Assembly: GCA_964478615.1 (NCBI GenBank)
Contig: CAYZJL010000001.1
Location: forward strand, 1 to 45,525
Reading direction: 5' to 3'
Source of the DNA: an uncultured Zetaproteobacteria bacterium
GTDB lineage: Bacteria > Pseudomonadota > Zetaproteobacteria > Mariprofundales > Mariprofundaceae
DNA length: 45,525 bases
Shown here: one piece after another, positions 1-9,182 of the stretch
Position numbering within the stretch: position 1 is the first letter of the stretch
How the letters are laid out: every line of letters begins with the position of its first letter
The notes under the pieces: generated by a model
The model's database searches: none
Told to the model about the DNA's origin: nothing
Seen by the model: the letters and a program-made list of their open reading frames with translations, nothing else
Translations under genes and position numbers: made by a program

Positions 1-29
1 ATACTGACCTATCGGGAGATTCCTAAACC

Positions 30-115
30 GTGATTCGGGCCATCCGTGGCCCTCACCCTTTGGGCGTGCTCTTTAGCACGCCCAAATTTGCTTTCCTGCA
101 GGTTTGTGATTCGGG
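30..115. repeat. Small structured REP/MITE-like element: two hairpins bracketed by a 10-bp direct repeat
   Basis: GTGATTCGGG occurs at 30-39 and 106-115. Hairpin GGGCCA-tccg-TGGCCC lies at 37-52. A perfect 12-bp inverted repeat TTTGGGCGTGCT-cttt-AGCACGCCCAAA lies at 59-86. Confidence 0.55.
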
Positions 116-213
116 GCTTGTTGTTCCCTTAAAAAAACAGTGGATTTTATTTGTGTCCCTGTAGGTCTATATTGATAAAATGATATGTTTCATGATTATG
201 ATCTGCCACGATT

Positions 214-561
214 ATGTCCGAGAACTATCTCGTCATGGCTCAGGATAAAACTAAAGCGCTGATGGATTTGCTTTTTGCCCTGCCATGGTGGGTGGGTGCT
301 GTATTGGCCGATGCGTCTTTTTTTGCGCCCAATATAGCCAAGCAGATTTATCCGCCTTCCCGGAGCCCTGAGGGATTACCGGTCTATCATGATATTGTAC
401 ATACCACAGAGGGGCTCTCGCTCTATCTGACGGTGGCTTTTGCACTCTTTTCTGCAGTTTCTCTGATACGAAAAACAATGGCGGTACGAAAAAAAGCCCA
501 TAGCTCGCTGACGCGCTCGCTAGAGAGGCATAAATCCCGACGGGAATCTAATCAGGAGTAG
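214..561 (+). CDS. Small membrane protein resembling the N-terminal membrane anchor of Mrr-like restriction endonucleases, possibly a truncated remnant
   Basis: 115-aa ORF with two hydrophobic segments. The LMDLLFALPWWVGAVLA motif resembles the N-termini of membrane-anchored Mrr-family proteins. No catalytic domain follows. Confidence 0.45.
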   Translation: MSENYLVMAQDKTKALMDLLFALPWWVGAVLADASFFAPNIAKQIYPPSRSPEGLPVYHDIVHTTEGLSLYLTVAFALFSAVSLIRKTMAVRKKAHSSLTRSLERHKSRRESNQE

Positions 562-772
562 ATGAACAGAAAAATAAACTTTTACTGCTAAAGTGGTCTA
601 TAATGTGAGATATTGCAATGGAAGCATGAGGGAGCAGGAGCGAATTATCCCGTTTGGATTGTGTGTGATGGATGGATTAGTGCTCGGCTTTATAACGCTT
701 GTTGTTATGAATAGTCCTTGTCAGCTCAGGTATTGATCGGATGCCTGTATTGCTCTCACTGTTATTGCAATC

Positions 773-1064
773 GTGCTAGAGCCGGAGTGGGGGGCTAAAG
801 AAATAGAGGCTGAACCAAGGACGTGGAACATCGAGTTGTTGCAGTCGGTTGAATGGAAGCGTTTTGAAGAGCTGTGTGAAGTTGTGTTCAGCTACCTCAA
901 TTTGCTGGCGCGATATACTCAGCCTGGCTACCGAGGGCGATTACACCACCCCCACCTGCCCGGGCAGTGGCCTGAAAATGATCACCAAAAAAGCACCAAA
1001 AACAGGGGGTATGTTTTGGGGCTGCCGCATCTATCCACGCTGTCAAGGCAAACTGCAGAAGTGA
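773..1064 (+). pseudogene. Mrr-family (type IV) restriction endonuclease pseudogene with an internal deletion and frameshift
   Basis: The frame starting at 773 encodes WNIELLQSVEWKRFEELCEVVFSYLNLLARYTQPG, the start of an Mrr catalytic domain. From ~925 another frame encodes LATEGDYTTPTCPGSG...FWGCRIYPRC, a topoisomerase-type C4 zinc ribbon with one Cys lost. The intervening DGGxD...QCK catalytic core is absent. Confidence 0.7.
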
Positions 1065-1153
1065 ATTTATGAATTGTTTGCGTTGGCAAGCTACGCGTGA
1101 ATAAGAAACCTTCTGAAATAGTAGTCTATACTCATAAAGGTAGGGGGGAGATC

Positions 1154-2128
1154 ATGGGAAACATCAATATTGCGTGGTGGAATCTGGAGAACCTGTTTGA
1201 TGCGGAAGATGCATCCAGAGATCCACAACTAAAATCCAAATTAAGGGGTGAACTGAAAGGCTGGAGTGAGGCGGTTCGGGATAGAAAAATCGCCCAGCTG
1301 GCAAATGTGATTGAACTGATGTTCGATGGGCAGGGGCCTGCGCTATTGGGTGTCTGCGAAGTGGAAAATGAAACGGTGCTGAAACGATTGGCCGATGCCA
1401 TCAATATTCCCGGTAGGGATTATAACCTCATCTATCATGACTCCGAAAATGCCAGAGGCATTGATACATCCTTTATTGTCGATAAAAATGTGTTGGACGT
1501 TGTAAGAGCGGATTATCAGGTGGTGATCAAGCGCACTGCTACGCGTGATATCTTTTGGGCGCGGTTAAAAGTGATTGCCACTGGGGCTGAGTTTGTGGCC
1601 GTGGCCAATCACTGGCCAGCCAGAAGTGGTGGTCAGTATGCTTCTGAACCATTTCGTATGCTGGCGGGTGAAACACATGCATACATTATTTCAAAAATGC
1701 TGGATGAGAAGCAGGGCGGCGATAAGCATCTGCCGATCATCTCCATGGGCGATTTTAATGATGAGCCGTTTAACCGGTCTATGCAGGAGTATCTTCTGGG
1801 AACACGTGATCCGGGGCGGGTGCGCTACTCCAGAACCGGGCATATGCTCAATCTGATGTGGCCGCTAATGGAGGGACATGATCCGGGCACTTATCTCTAT
1901 TCCAGCGATTGGCATATGCTTGATCAGTTTCTGGTCAGCTACGGTATGTTGCGCGGCGCAAGCGATGTGCGGGTAGATAGCGCAAGTGTGGCGATATTCA
2001 AACCGGCGATGATGAAAGCCTCAAGCGGCAGAGCGCGAAAGTTCAGCCGACCTTCGAAAAGGAATAAATACGACCCGGATGGTTATTCAGATCATTATCC
2101 CATTACTGTGGCGTTGTCGCTATTTTAA
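1154..2128 (+). CDS. Endonuclease/exonuclease/phosphatase (EEP) family protein
   Basis: Motifs WWNLENLFD, GVCEVEN, RGID, NHWP, GDFND, MLDQF and GYSDHYP. ATG at 1154 follows a GGGGAG Shine-Dalgarno (ORF open from 1097). No signal peptide is evident. Confidence 0.9.
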   Translation: MGNINIAWWNLENLFDAEDASRDPQLKSKLRGELKGWSEAVRDRKIAQLANVIELMFDGQGPALLGVCEVENETVLKRLADAINIPGRDYNLIYHDSENARGIDTSFIVDKNVLDVVRADYQVVIKRTATRDIFWARLKVIATGAEFVAVANHWPARSGGQYASEPFRMLAGETHAYIISKMLDEKQGGDKHLPIISMGDFNDEPFNRSMQEYLLGTRDPGRVRYSRTGHMLNLMWPLMEGHDPGTYLYSSDWHMLDQFLVSYGMLRGASDVRVDSASVAIFKPAMMKASSGRARKFSRPSKRNKYDPDGYSDHYPITVALSLF

Positions 2129-2129
2129 T

Positions 2130-2726
2130 TTAAGGGGCTTCTGCATCTTGCCATTCGATGACATTGACGTGTTTAATGATGACAGGCTTGAGCGGAACAT
2201 TTTGCATGCCACCTCTGTTGCCTGTTGCCACTGCTTCGATCTTGCGCACTACATCCATGCCACGGGTGACTTTTCCGAATACGGCATAGCCCCAGCCACG
2301 CGACGTTTTGCCACTATGGTTGAGAAAGTGATTGTTATTGGTGTTGATGAAGAACTGATTACTGGCTGAGTGTGGGGCGGATGTGCGCGCCATGGCGATA
2401 GAACCGATTTTATTGGGTAGGCCATTATCCGCTTCGTTGATGATAGAGACCGTTGTAGCTTGCTTTTGCATATCCGTGTTGAAACCACCACCCTGAATCA
2501 TGAAGTTGGGGATGACGCGGTGAAAGATGGTACCGTTATAACTGCCCTTTTTTGCATAGTGCAGAAAGTTAGCAACAGACTTTGGTGCTTTATCTCCATC
2601 AAGCTCCAGCTCTATCACACCCAGTGATGTGGTCATGGTAACCTGAACCTGATCTGCTAAGGCTATCTGTACTGATTGAAATAACATGCCGGTACCAAAT
2701 GCAAATAAGATAAAAAATCGTTTCAT
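2130..2726 (-). CDS. ppiA: Periplasmic cyclophilin-type peptidyl-prolyl cis-trans isomerase
   Basis: FHRVIPNFMIQGGG, IAMART, QFFIN and GYAVFGKV motifs. Signal peptide MKRFFILF...ALA. ATG at 2726 follows GGAGG (ORF open from 2753). Confidence 0.93.
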   Translation of the reverse strand: MKRFFILFAFGTGMLFQSVQIALADQVQVTMTTSLGVIELELDGDKAPKSVANFLHYAKKGSYNGTIFHRVIPNFMIQGGGFNTDMQKQATTVSIINEADNGLPNKIGSIAMARTSAPHSASNQFFINTNNNHFLNHSGKTSRGWGYAVFGKVTRGMDVVRKIEAVATGNRGGMQNVPLKPVIIKHVNVIEWQDAEAP

Positions 2727-2961
2727 TTTCTGCCTCCGTGTCTGAATAGGCATTGAACTCCATCATATCTTCCTGCATTTCGCCAATCCTGCGACAGGGC
2801 ATACATAAAATTACCATCCTGAAAGCTCAATTCGGCATTTTGTTACTCAAGAGTGTGAGGCGAATAGTGTCAAGCGAATAGTAGCCCCACGATGACATCT
2901 GGCTTAAGATGTGCTCTGTCATGAATAATGCATAGGGGCTTATTGCGTTTACGGTGAATCG

Positions 2962-2977
2962 AAGCCAAGCTTGGCTT
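2962..2977. promoter_or_regulatory. Perfect 16-bp palindrome in the divergent ppiA / anti-sigma intergenic region, a possible operator
   Basis: AAGCCAAGCTTGGCTT is its own reverse complement and ends ~43 bp upstream of the ATG at 3020. Confidence 0.35.
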
Positions 2978-3019
2978 TGAGAGAATATCTGCCCAATATG
3001 CACATATCTGAGAGGTGAA

Positions 3020-3508
3020 ATGACAGCCAGTAGGTGTATACAGGATGTATCGTTTTCCGAGTGCGAAAGTAGTCATGTGGGTAAGCTGCGCCTGCAATTG
3101 AACTGCAATAGTGATTGTATTTACGTGTTGCGCTCGATGGTTGAAGTGATGACAGCAAGAGCCGGTATGGATTGCAGGCAAAGCAATCGTGTTTCCATTG
3201 CGGTGGATGAACTGTTCGCCAATATTTCTACACATGCCTATGGTGGTAAAGCAGGTCGGGTTGAGCTTGAAACCTGTATCGAAACAGGCGAGCAAGGTCA
3301 GCAGGAGCTTGTTTTTGATCTTCGCGATTATGCTTCGGTAGGTTGGTTAGGGAGCATTGAAGAGACAGCTGTACACGAATCTGATGTTGGGAACTTGTGT
3401 CCGGGTGGTTTGGGGCTAAAGCTTATTTGCTCAGTATCTGATCGCTGTGAACATGAGGTGCTCAGCGACGGCAATCACTGGCGTTTGATATTCAATCTTA
3501 ATAAATAA
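3020..3508 (+). CDS. Anti-sigma factor / Ser kinase, RsbW/SpoIIAB-like (HATPase_c_2)
   Basis: N-box IAVDELFANISTHAY and G2-box PGGLGLKLI. Adjacent to a STAS gene. GAGGT Shine-Dalgarno. Confidence 0.85.
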   Translation: MTASRCIQDVSFSECESSHVGKLRLQLNCNSDCIYVLRSMVEVMTARAGMDCRQSNRVSIAVDELFANISTHAYGGKAGRVELETCIETGEQGQQELVFDLRDYASVGWLGSIEETAVHESDVGNLCPGGLGLKLICSVSDRCEHEVLSDGNHWRLIFNLNK

Positions 3509-3514
3509 GGATCA

Positions 3515-3874
3515 ATGAGAGATATGATGATGGATGCAAATCTTAAATTCACACGATTGGATCAAAATGATACTCAGGTATCATTGCAGGTGCATGGTGA
3601 TGTGACCATTCACACATCTCCACGCATGCGGGAGCAGCTAAAGCCGTTATTTACCACCAGCATGAAAGAGATCCGTGTTGAACTCGGTGGTGTCGATTTT
3701 ATGGACTCATCAGGCATTGCCACGTTGGTGGAAGGATTACAGTGGGCCCGCCTGACGGGTGGCCGATTTATTCTTTCAGGTTTGAGTGAAAATGTGCGTG
3801 ATGTGTTTGCACTGGCTAAACTTGATACGGTGTTTGATATTGAAACGACTGATATGGAAGAAAAATCTACGTGA
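3515..3874 (+). CDS. Anti-sigma factor antagonist (STAS domain, RsbV/SpoIIAA-like)
   Basis: [13 protein letters not shown] phosphoacceptor motif in a 119-aa protein. Confidence 0.9.
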   Translation: MRDMMMDANLKFTRLDQNDTQVSLQVHGDVTIHTSPRMREQLKPLFTTSMKEIRVELGGVDFMDSSGIATLVEGLQWARLTGGRFILSGLSENVRDVFALAKLDTVFDIETTDMEEKST

Positions 3875-5346
3875 GTTATTCCGATTTACGTGCTTTTGTT
3901 GATGATCTGGAAACACGGGGATTATTAAAGCGCATCACGGCAGAAATCAGTAGTAAACTGGAAATTACCGAGATTTCCGACCGGGTGCTGCGTCAGGGAG
4001 GCCCGGCCCTGTTGTTTGAAAATGTCATCGATGTCGAGGGACAAAAGGCCACGATGCCTGTGTTAGCCAATCTGTTTGGCACAGCTGAGCGCATTGCCCT
4101 GGGTATGGGACGGGAGTCGGCGGATGAATTGCGTGATATCGGTGAACTGCTGGCCTACCTGAAAGAGCCTGAACCACCAAAAGGTATCAAAGATGCCTGG
4201 GATAAATTCCCCATTCTGAAAAAAGTGATGCATATGCAGCCCAAGCGTGTCAAAAAAGCGGCCTGGCAGGATATAGTTTTGCATGGTGACGATGTGGATC
4301 TGAATAAGCTCCCCATTCAAACCTGCTGGCCTGAAGATGTGGCGCCCCTGTTGAGTTGGGGGCTGGTTGTGACCCGTGGGCCGAACAAAGAACGGCAGAA
4401 TATGGGCATTTATCGTCAGCAACAGATTGGTAAAAACAAGCTGATTATGCGCTGGCTCAAACATCGTGGTGGCGCTCAGGATCATCGCGAAGCCAGGCTG
4501 GCCGGGGCGACGCAGTTCCCCTGTGCTGTGGTGATTGGGGCTGATCCGGCCACGATTTTAGCTGCAGTTACACCTATTCCCGACAGCCTCTCTGAATATC
4601 AGTTTGCCGGTCTGTTGCGGGGTAAGAAAACAATATTGGCTGACTGTTTGAGTGTGCCATTGCAGGTGCCTGCATCGGCGGAAATTGTGCTCGAAGGTTA
4701 TGTCTCACTCGATGAATATGCTGAGGAAGGGCCATACGGCGATCACACCGGTTATTACAATGAAACTGAAATGTTTCCAGTATTCACGGTTGAAACGATG
4801 AGTATGCGCAATGATGCCATCTACCATTCGACCCATACCGGTAAACCGCCTGATGAGCCTGCCGTATTGGGTTTGGCATTTAATGAAGTGTTTGTACCTA
4901 TTTTGAAAAAGCAGTTTCCGGAAATTGTTGATTTTTATCTGCCGATGGAAGGGTGTTCTTATCGTATGGCGGTAGTGTCGATCAATAAGGGCTATGCTGG
5001 TCATGCCAAGCGGGTGATGTTTGGTATCTGGTCCTATCTGCGTCAGTTTATGTATACCAAGTTTATTATCGTGGTGGATGCCGATATTGATTGCCGTGAC
5101 TGGAAAGAGGTGATTTGGGCGATTACGACCCGTTGTGATCCTGTGCGTGATTTCACCATGGCTGAAAATACCCCGATTGATTATCTCGATTTTGCATCGC
5201 CGGTGGCGGGACTCGGTTCAAAGGTGGGCATTGATGCAACCAATAAATGGCAAGGTGAAACGTCACGTGAATGGGGTCGTACGATTGCAATGGATCAGTC
5301 CGTGAAAGATCGTGTGGATGCGATATGGTCAGAGCTGGATCTGTGA
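3871..5346 (+). CDS. ubiD: 4-hydroxy-3-polyprenylbenzoate decarboxylase UbiD
   Basis: Characteristic segments [47 protein letters not shown] and [13 protein letters not shown] overlap with the STAS gene. Confidence 0.97.
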   Translation: MSYSDLRAFVDDLETRGLLKRITAEISSKLEITEISDRVLRQGGPALLFENVIDVEGQKATMPVLANLFGTAERIALGMGRESADELRDIGELLAYLKEPEPPKGIKDAWDKFPILKKVMHMQPKRVKKAAWQDIVLHGDDVDLNKLPIQTCWPEDVAPLLSWGLVVTRGPNKERQNMGIYRQQQIGKNKLIMRWLKHRGGAQDHREARLAGATQFPCAVVIGADPATILAAVTPIPDSLSEYQFAGLLRGKKTILADCLSVPLQVPASAEIVLEGYVSLDEYAEEGPYGDHTGYYNETEMFPVFTVETMSMRNDAIYHSTHTGKPPDEPAVLGLAFNEVFVPILKKQFPEIVDFYLPMEGCSYRMAVVSINKGYAGHAKRVMFGIWSYLRQFMYTKFIIVVDADIDCRDWKEVIWAITTRCDPVRDFTMAENTPIDYLDFASPVAGLGSKVGIDATNKWQGETSREWGRTIAMDQSVKDRVDAIWSELDL

Positions 5347-5377
5347 ATGAGCCTGATAAACGCGGGGAGCTGTAAGC

Positions 5378-7288
5378 ATGGCTAAATTGCGCATACCTCT
5401 ATTGTTGGCGGTGCTTCTGGCTGTTGGGGGAGCGCTATATCTGCTGTTTTCTGCCCCTGATTATGGCGATATCAATGCCGATGGTTTGAAGCTTGGCAAA
5501 GCTGCTTACCAACAAAATGATTATGATAATGCAGCGAAATGGTTTCGATTAGCAGCCAAGATGGGTGATAGGGAGGCGCAATTCCTGTTTGCCATGTTAT
5601 ATCGCGATGGCAAAGGTGTGAGGCATGATGATGAGAAGGCGGTGGTTCAGCTCAAGCTTGCTGCCGCCCAAAAACATGCTAAAGCGCAATATCAACTCGC
5701 CAATATGTTGGAGTATGGGCGCGGTGTAGCGGCTGTTGATTTGAAAGCTGCGTTAAGATGGTATAAAAAGGCTGCTGCTAATGGATTGAAAACTGCCGAA
5801 TTACGTATGGCGGTGATGTTCGCTGAAGGGCGCGGTGTAAAGCAATCTGATACAGATGCGTTACTCTGGGCTATCAAAGCTGCGAGCAGTAAAAGTATTG
5901 AGGCCAGCTCTTATCTGCAACGTCTGCTTAACAGGGTCAGTGCAAAAGCATCGGCCGGTGATTCATCCGCTCAGTTTGTATTGGCACGTATTTATCAGCA
6001 GGGGCAGGGCTTAAGTGCAGATATGGGTAAAGCTGAACAGTGGTTGCATCAAAGTGCTGCCAGTGGAAATGCCAAAGCTCAATTTCATTTGGCGGAACTG
6101 CTGTCGCATAGCAGTAAACCCGAATCCATGACACAGGCCGCTGACTGGTATCTTAAAGCCGCTGAGCAGGGGGATATGCCGGCAGCATCAAAGCTTGGTG
6201 CTCTCTATGGGCTTGGGAAAGGTGTAACGTTTAATCGTGAACAAGCATTAAAATGGTTGAAAAAGGCAGCAGAGAGCGGCTCGCCATTAGCTCAAAGTAA
6301 CCTTGCTATCCTGTATGCGGAAACAGATAAGCATGCGTCTGCAGCGCCATGGTTGCAGAAGGCTGCTGAGCAGGGCAACAGGGTGGCGCAAAATAATCTT
6401 GCGGTCATGTATGCGCTTGGCCGTGGTGTAAAACTGGATCTGAAAAGTGCTTTGAAATGGTTGAAGGCTGCTGCGCAAGCTGATGATGCTTTGTCGCAGT
6501 ATAACTTGGCTCTGATGTACCTGCGTGGCATTGGCATGATGCAAAATGAAGATGCGGCGGCGGAGTGGTTGAAAAAAGCACAATCGGCTACGGGGTCTGA
6601 CGCGAAATTAGTGTTGGGTATTTTATACGATTTGGGTTATGGCGTTGTTACCAGCAACACAGATGCAGAGCAGTGGTATCAACAGGCCAGTGATCTGGGC
6701 AGTGCAGATGCGATGTATAATCTGGCAGCTCTCTATTACAGACAGTTGAAATTTAAAAAGGCACTAAACCTGTTTGTTCAGGCAGCCAGGAAAGGTGATG
6801 CTGAAACACAAAACACCATTGCATCAATGTATCAGAAAGGACAGGGCACCGATGTAAATCTCAAACAGACTATTCACTGGTATCAAATAGCGGCAAACAA
6901 TGGTTATGCTCCGGCCCAGTTCAACCTTGGTAATTTGTACCGTAAAGGTGATGGTATGGAACAGCAGGATGAAAAGGCTGTAAACTGGTATCGAGAAGCC
7001 GCCAAACAGGGTTTTGCTCCGGCCCAAAATGCACTGGCGTATATGTATGCGCTTGGCCGTGGTATAGCGATGGATCGGGCCAAGGCCGATCACTGGTTTA
7101 GCAAATCAGCCAGGCAGGGTTTACGTATTGCCGAGCAAAATATATCCGTACTCAGGCAGAAAAAAAGTGGTTTTACGTTAACCAGTGGTGCTGTGGATAT
7201 TCAATTGAGAACTGCTGTCTTGGATGAAAAACCACTCGATCTTGCGCATCGTTTAAAATCCTACCATTTACCCCAACTGCACAAATAG
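5378..7288 (+). CDS. Sel1-like repeat protein with N-terminal membrane anchor or signal
   Basis: About 14 Sel1 repeats (AQxNLxxxYxxGxG...AxxWxxKAAxQG) and a hydrophobic N-terminus. Confidence 0.92.
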   Translation: MAKLRIPLLLAVLLAVGGALYLLFSAPDYGDINADGLKLGKAAYQQNDYDNAAKWFRLAAKMGDREAQFLFAMLYRDGKGVRHDDEKAVVQLKLAAAQKHAKAQYQLANMLEYGRGVAAVDLKAALRWYKKAAANGLKTAELRMAVMFAEGRGVKQSDTDALLWAIKAASSKSIEASSYLQRLLNRVSAKASAGDSSAQFVLARIYQQGQGLSADMGKAEQWLHQSAASGNAKAQFHLAELLSHSSKPESMTQAADWYLKAAEQGDMPAASKLGALYGLGKGVTFNREQALKWLKKAAESGSPLAQSNLAILYAETDKHASAAPWLQKAAEQGNRVAQNNLAVMYALGRGVKLDLKSALKWLKAAAQADDALSQYNLALMYLRGIGMMQNEDAAAEWLKKAQSATGSDAKLVLGILYDLGYGVVTSNTDAEQWYQQASDLGSADAMYNLAALYYRQLKFKKALNLFVQAARKGDAETQNTIASMYQKGQGTDVNLKQTIHWYQIAANNGYAPAQFNLGNLYRKGDGMEQQDEKAVNWYREAAKQGFAPAQNALAYMYALGRGIAMDRAKADHWFSKSARQGLRIAEQNISVLRQKKSGFTLTSGAVDIQLRTAVLDEKPLDLAHRLKSYHLPQLHK

Positions 7289-7293
7289 AATCA

Positions 7294-7836
7294 TTACATT
7301 TCACTAATGATAGCGTGCACGTGAACATGTCCAGCTGTTTTAGAAGCTTTAAATGTCATCTGCTTCAAATGTAGATCACGCTGAGCAAGCGCATGCACAA
7401 AGCGAAGCATGGCATCATAGGGCACACCTTTCATACTCAGCATCAAGCGTTGCGCTCCACCACCCGGTGAGACTTGTGGTTTGATGCGGGTCATGAAACT
7501 TCTAACCTGCGTTTGGCGCGCTAGCTGATCAACTATAGTTAGCAGGCTTCCCGAACTGTTATTTGATTTCAGCTCAGCTGCATGTGCTGTTAAATAGTTG
7601 GCTAGGCTATCTGCTTTGGCGGCCTGATTCTGGGCAAGGCTAAGCTCCTTTTGCAGGGCGATTTGACGATCCTGTAGTGGCAGAATGAATCCAAACACAA
7701 TGATGATCAGTGGTAACATGATAGCTGCGGTGAGTAGGATCTTCTGTTCGCGACGTTCCAATTGCTGGTAACGCGGTAACAGCTGTTCCTCAAAGGATTG
7801 AGTGAGTGAATTTTTCCATGTTTCAATCATGACCAT
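7294..7836 (-). CDS. gspM: T2SS protein M
   Basis: LERREQKIL followed by one transmembrane segment, a coiled coil and a C-terminal domain. Last gene of the gsp run, overlapping gspL. Confidence 0.85.
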   Translation of the reverse strand: MVMIETWKNSLTQSFEEQLLPRYQQLERREQKILLTAAIMLPLIIIVFGFILPLQDRQIALQKELSLAQNQAAKADSLANYLTAHAAELKSNNSSGSLLTIVDQLARQTQVRSFMTRIKPQVSPGGGAQRLMLSMKGVPYDAMLRFVHALAQRDLHLKQMTFKASKTAGHVHVHAIISEM

Positions 7837-9182
7837 ACCAACTTGAATTTGACCTGATTGCCACTCAGATCGGTATCTTTAATGTTCACCTTTTTTCCTG
7901 ATTCCGATTGCAATGCCTGCTGAAGCCTGTTCATGGTCTGTAAATCTTTGGCCTGGCCGGAAATGGTCATGCGACCATCTTTAAATGTGACCTCATGCAT
8001 TGTCCATGTGATTTTCTGATACACAGAATTGATAACTTGCATATGCTGCAGCCACTGTGAGGCAAGGGTACGACGGTTGTTGCTGTCATTCGCGTTGTTG
8101 TGGCCTTGACCTGCAGCTTTTTGAAGTTGGGCAAGCGCATCAATGATCACTTTTTCATGTGGTAAACCTTGATGAAAAGCATCAATAACACGGTGTTGAT
8201 GCATCAGCACCTGTTGTTCGAGTTGGTGATTCTGCCACATCATCGCGACTGACCAGACTAGTATCAGGGCTGCGGCCAATGCAAGGCTGCGATACCAGGG
8301 CTTGATCTGGCTCATCTGATAGCCTGAACGCCATCGACCATGGCGAAAATTCAGGTTTGTAGTGGCTTCAACCGCTATGGTGGCATCATGACGGCTTGGT
8401 AGTTCATCAGCTTCGAACAGGTCACCATGCCATGACGAAAGATTCAGCGCGGTGTGCAGAGGCCTGCTTAATCTGCCGATGGCGATGGTGCTATCCAACC
8501 CCCCCATACTTTGAAGAGAGTATTGAATATTCTCGACCAGACTGGATTCAGGTTCACTGGAAGCACGTCCTTCTGGCCAGTTTAAACGTCGCATCGCGAG
8601 CCAATAACCCTGTTTGTTATGCGCATTGGCACATTGCCAAACACCAAAGAATATCCCCGTGCTGTCGGTATCAAATACAGCGATTGTTTCGGCTGTTTCG
8701 TCGTTCGGGGTTTCGGTGTGTTGTGCTTGCCGGTAGTTCTCCAGTTGATGATGCAAACGGCCCCAGATATCGGGGCCAATAATCTTGCTATCACGCCATG
8801 CACCATTGACCTCAATCTCCTGGCGCAATGTTTCTGGCATACCAATCATGATACCGGCTACACCGTCACTGTGTTGACCTGCTCGCCATGATAACCACCA
8901 TGCATCACTCTCTTCTGAGCTATGCTCCTCTAATTCCTGGGCCAGAACCTCCTGATCGATGAATTTTGGGTTGGAGAATGGTAAGCTGAATGTTCGGTTG
9001 AGCAGTTGTTCGATCGGTAACAGGAGCGTTGTCACAACAGCTCCATCAGGCAGTACAGGCAGCATTGCATCATCAGCAACGGATAACACCATCATATTAA
9101 GATTGGCATCGACTGCTTGCCAATGTGCGCCATCGTAGCTGATTGTCAGCGCATGCTTGGAGGTTGAGGGCATGCTATTCAT
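7827..9182 (-). CDS. gspL: T2SS protein L (divergent)
   Basis: Located between gspK and gspM. Cytoplasmic domain, LNFRHG motif before a single transmembrane segment, then a periplasmic domain. Start is likely 9182 or 9173 (ORF open from 9224). Confidence 0.78.
   Translation of the reverse strand: MNSMPSTSKHALTISYDGAHWQAVDANLNMMVLSVADDAMLPVLPDGAVVTTLLLPIEQLLNRTFSLPFSNPKFIDQEVLAQELEEHSSEESDAWWLSWRAGQHSDGVAGIMIGMPETLRQEIEVNGAWRDSKIIGPDIWGRLHHQLENYRQAQHTETPNDETAETIAVFDTDSTGIFFGVWQCANAHNKQGYWLAMRRLNWPEGRASSEPESSLVENIQYSLQSMGGLDSTIAIGRLSRPLHTALNLSSWHGDLFEADELPSRHDATIAVEATTNLNFRHGRWRSGYQMSQIKPWYRSLALAAALILVWSVAMMWQNHQLEQQVLMHQHRVIDAFHQGLPHEKVIIDALAQLQKAAGQGHNNANDSNNRRTLASQWLQHMQVINSVYQKITWTMHEVTFKDGRMTISGQAKDLQTMNRLQQALQSESGKKVNIKDTDLSGNQVKFKLVWS

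Noticed and set aside
1-120. tRNA or riboswitch at the window start
   Set aside because: I could not build a cloverleaf or a recognisable aptamer. It is reported only as a structured repeat.
2870-3295. 141-aa minus-strand ORF and similar shadows over ubiD, the Sel1 gene and gsp genes
   Set aside because: They overlap well-supported genes on the opposite strand or in another frame, and have no recognisable motifs.
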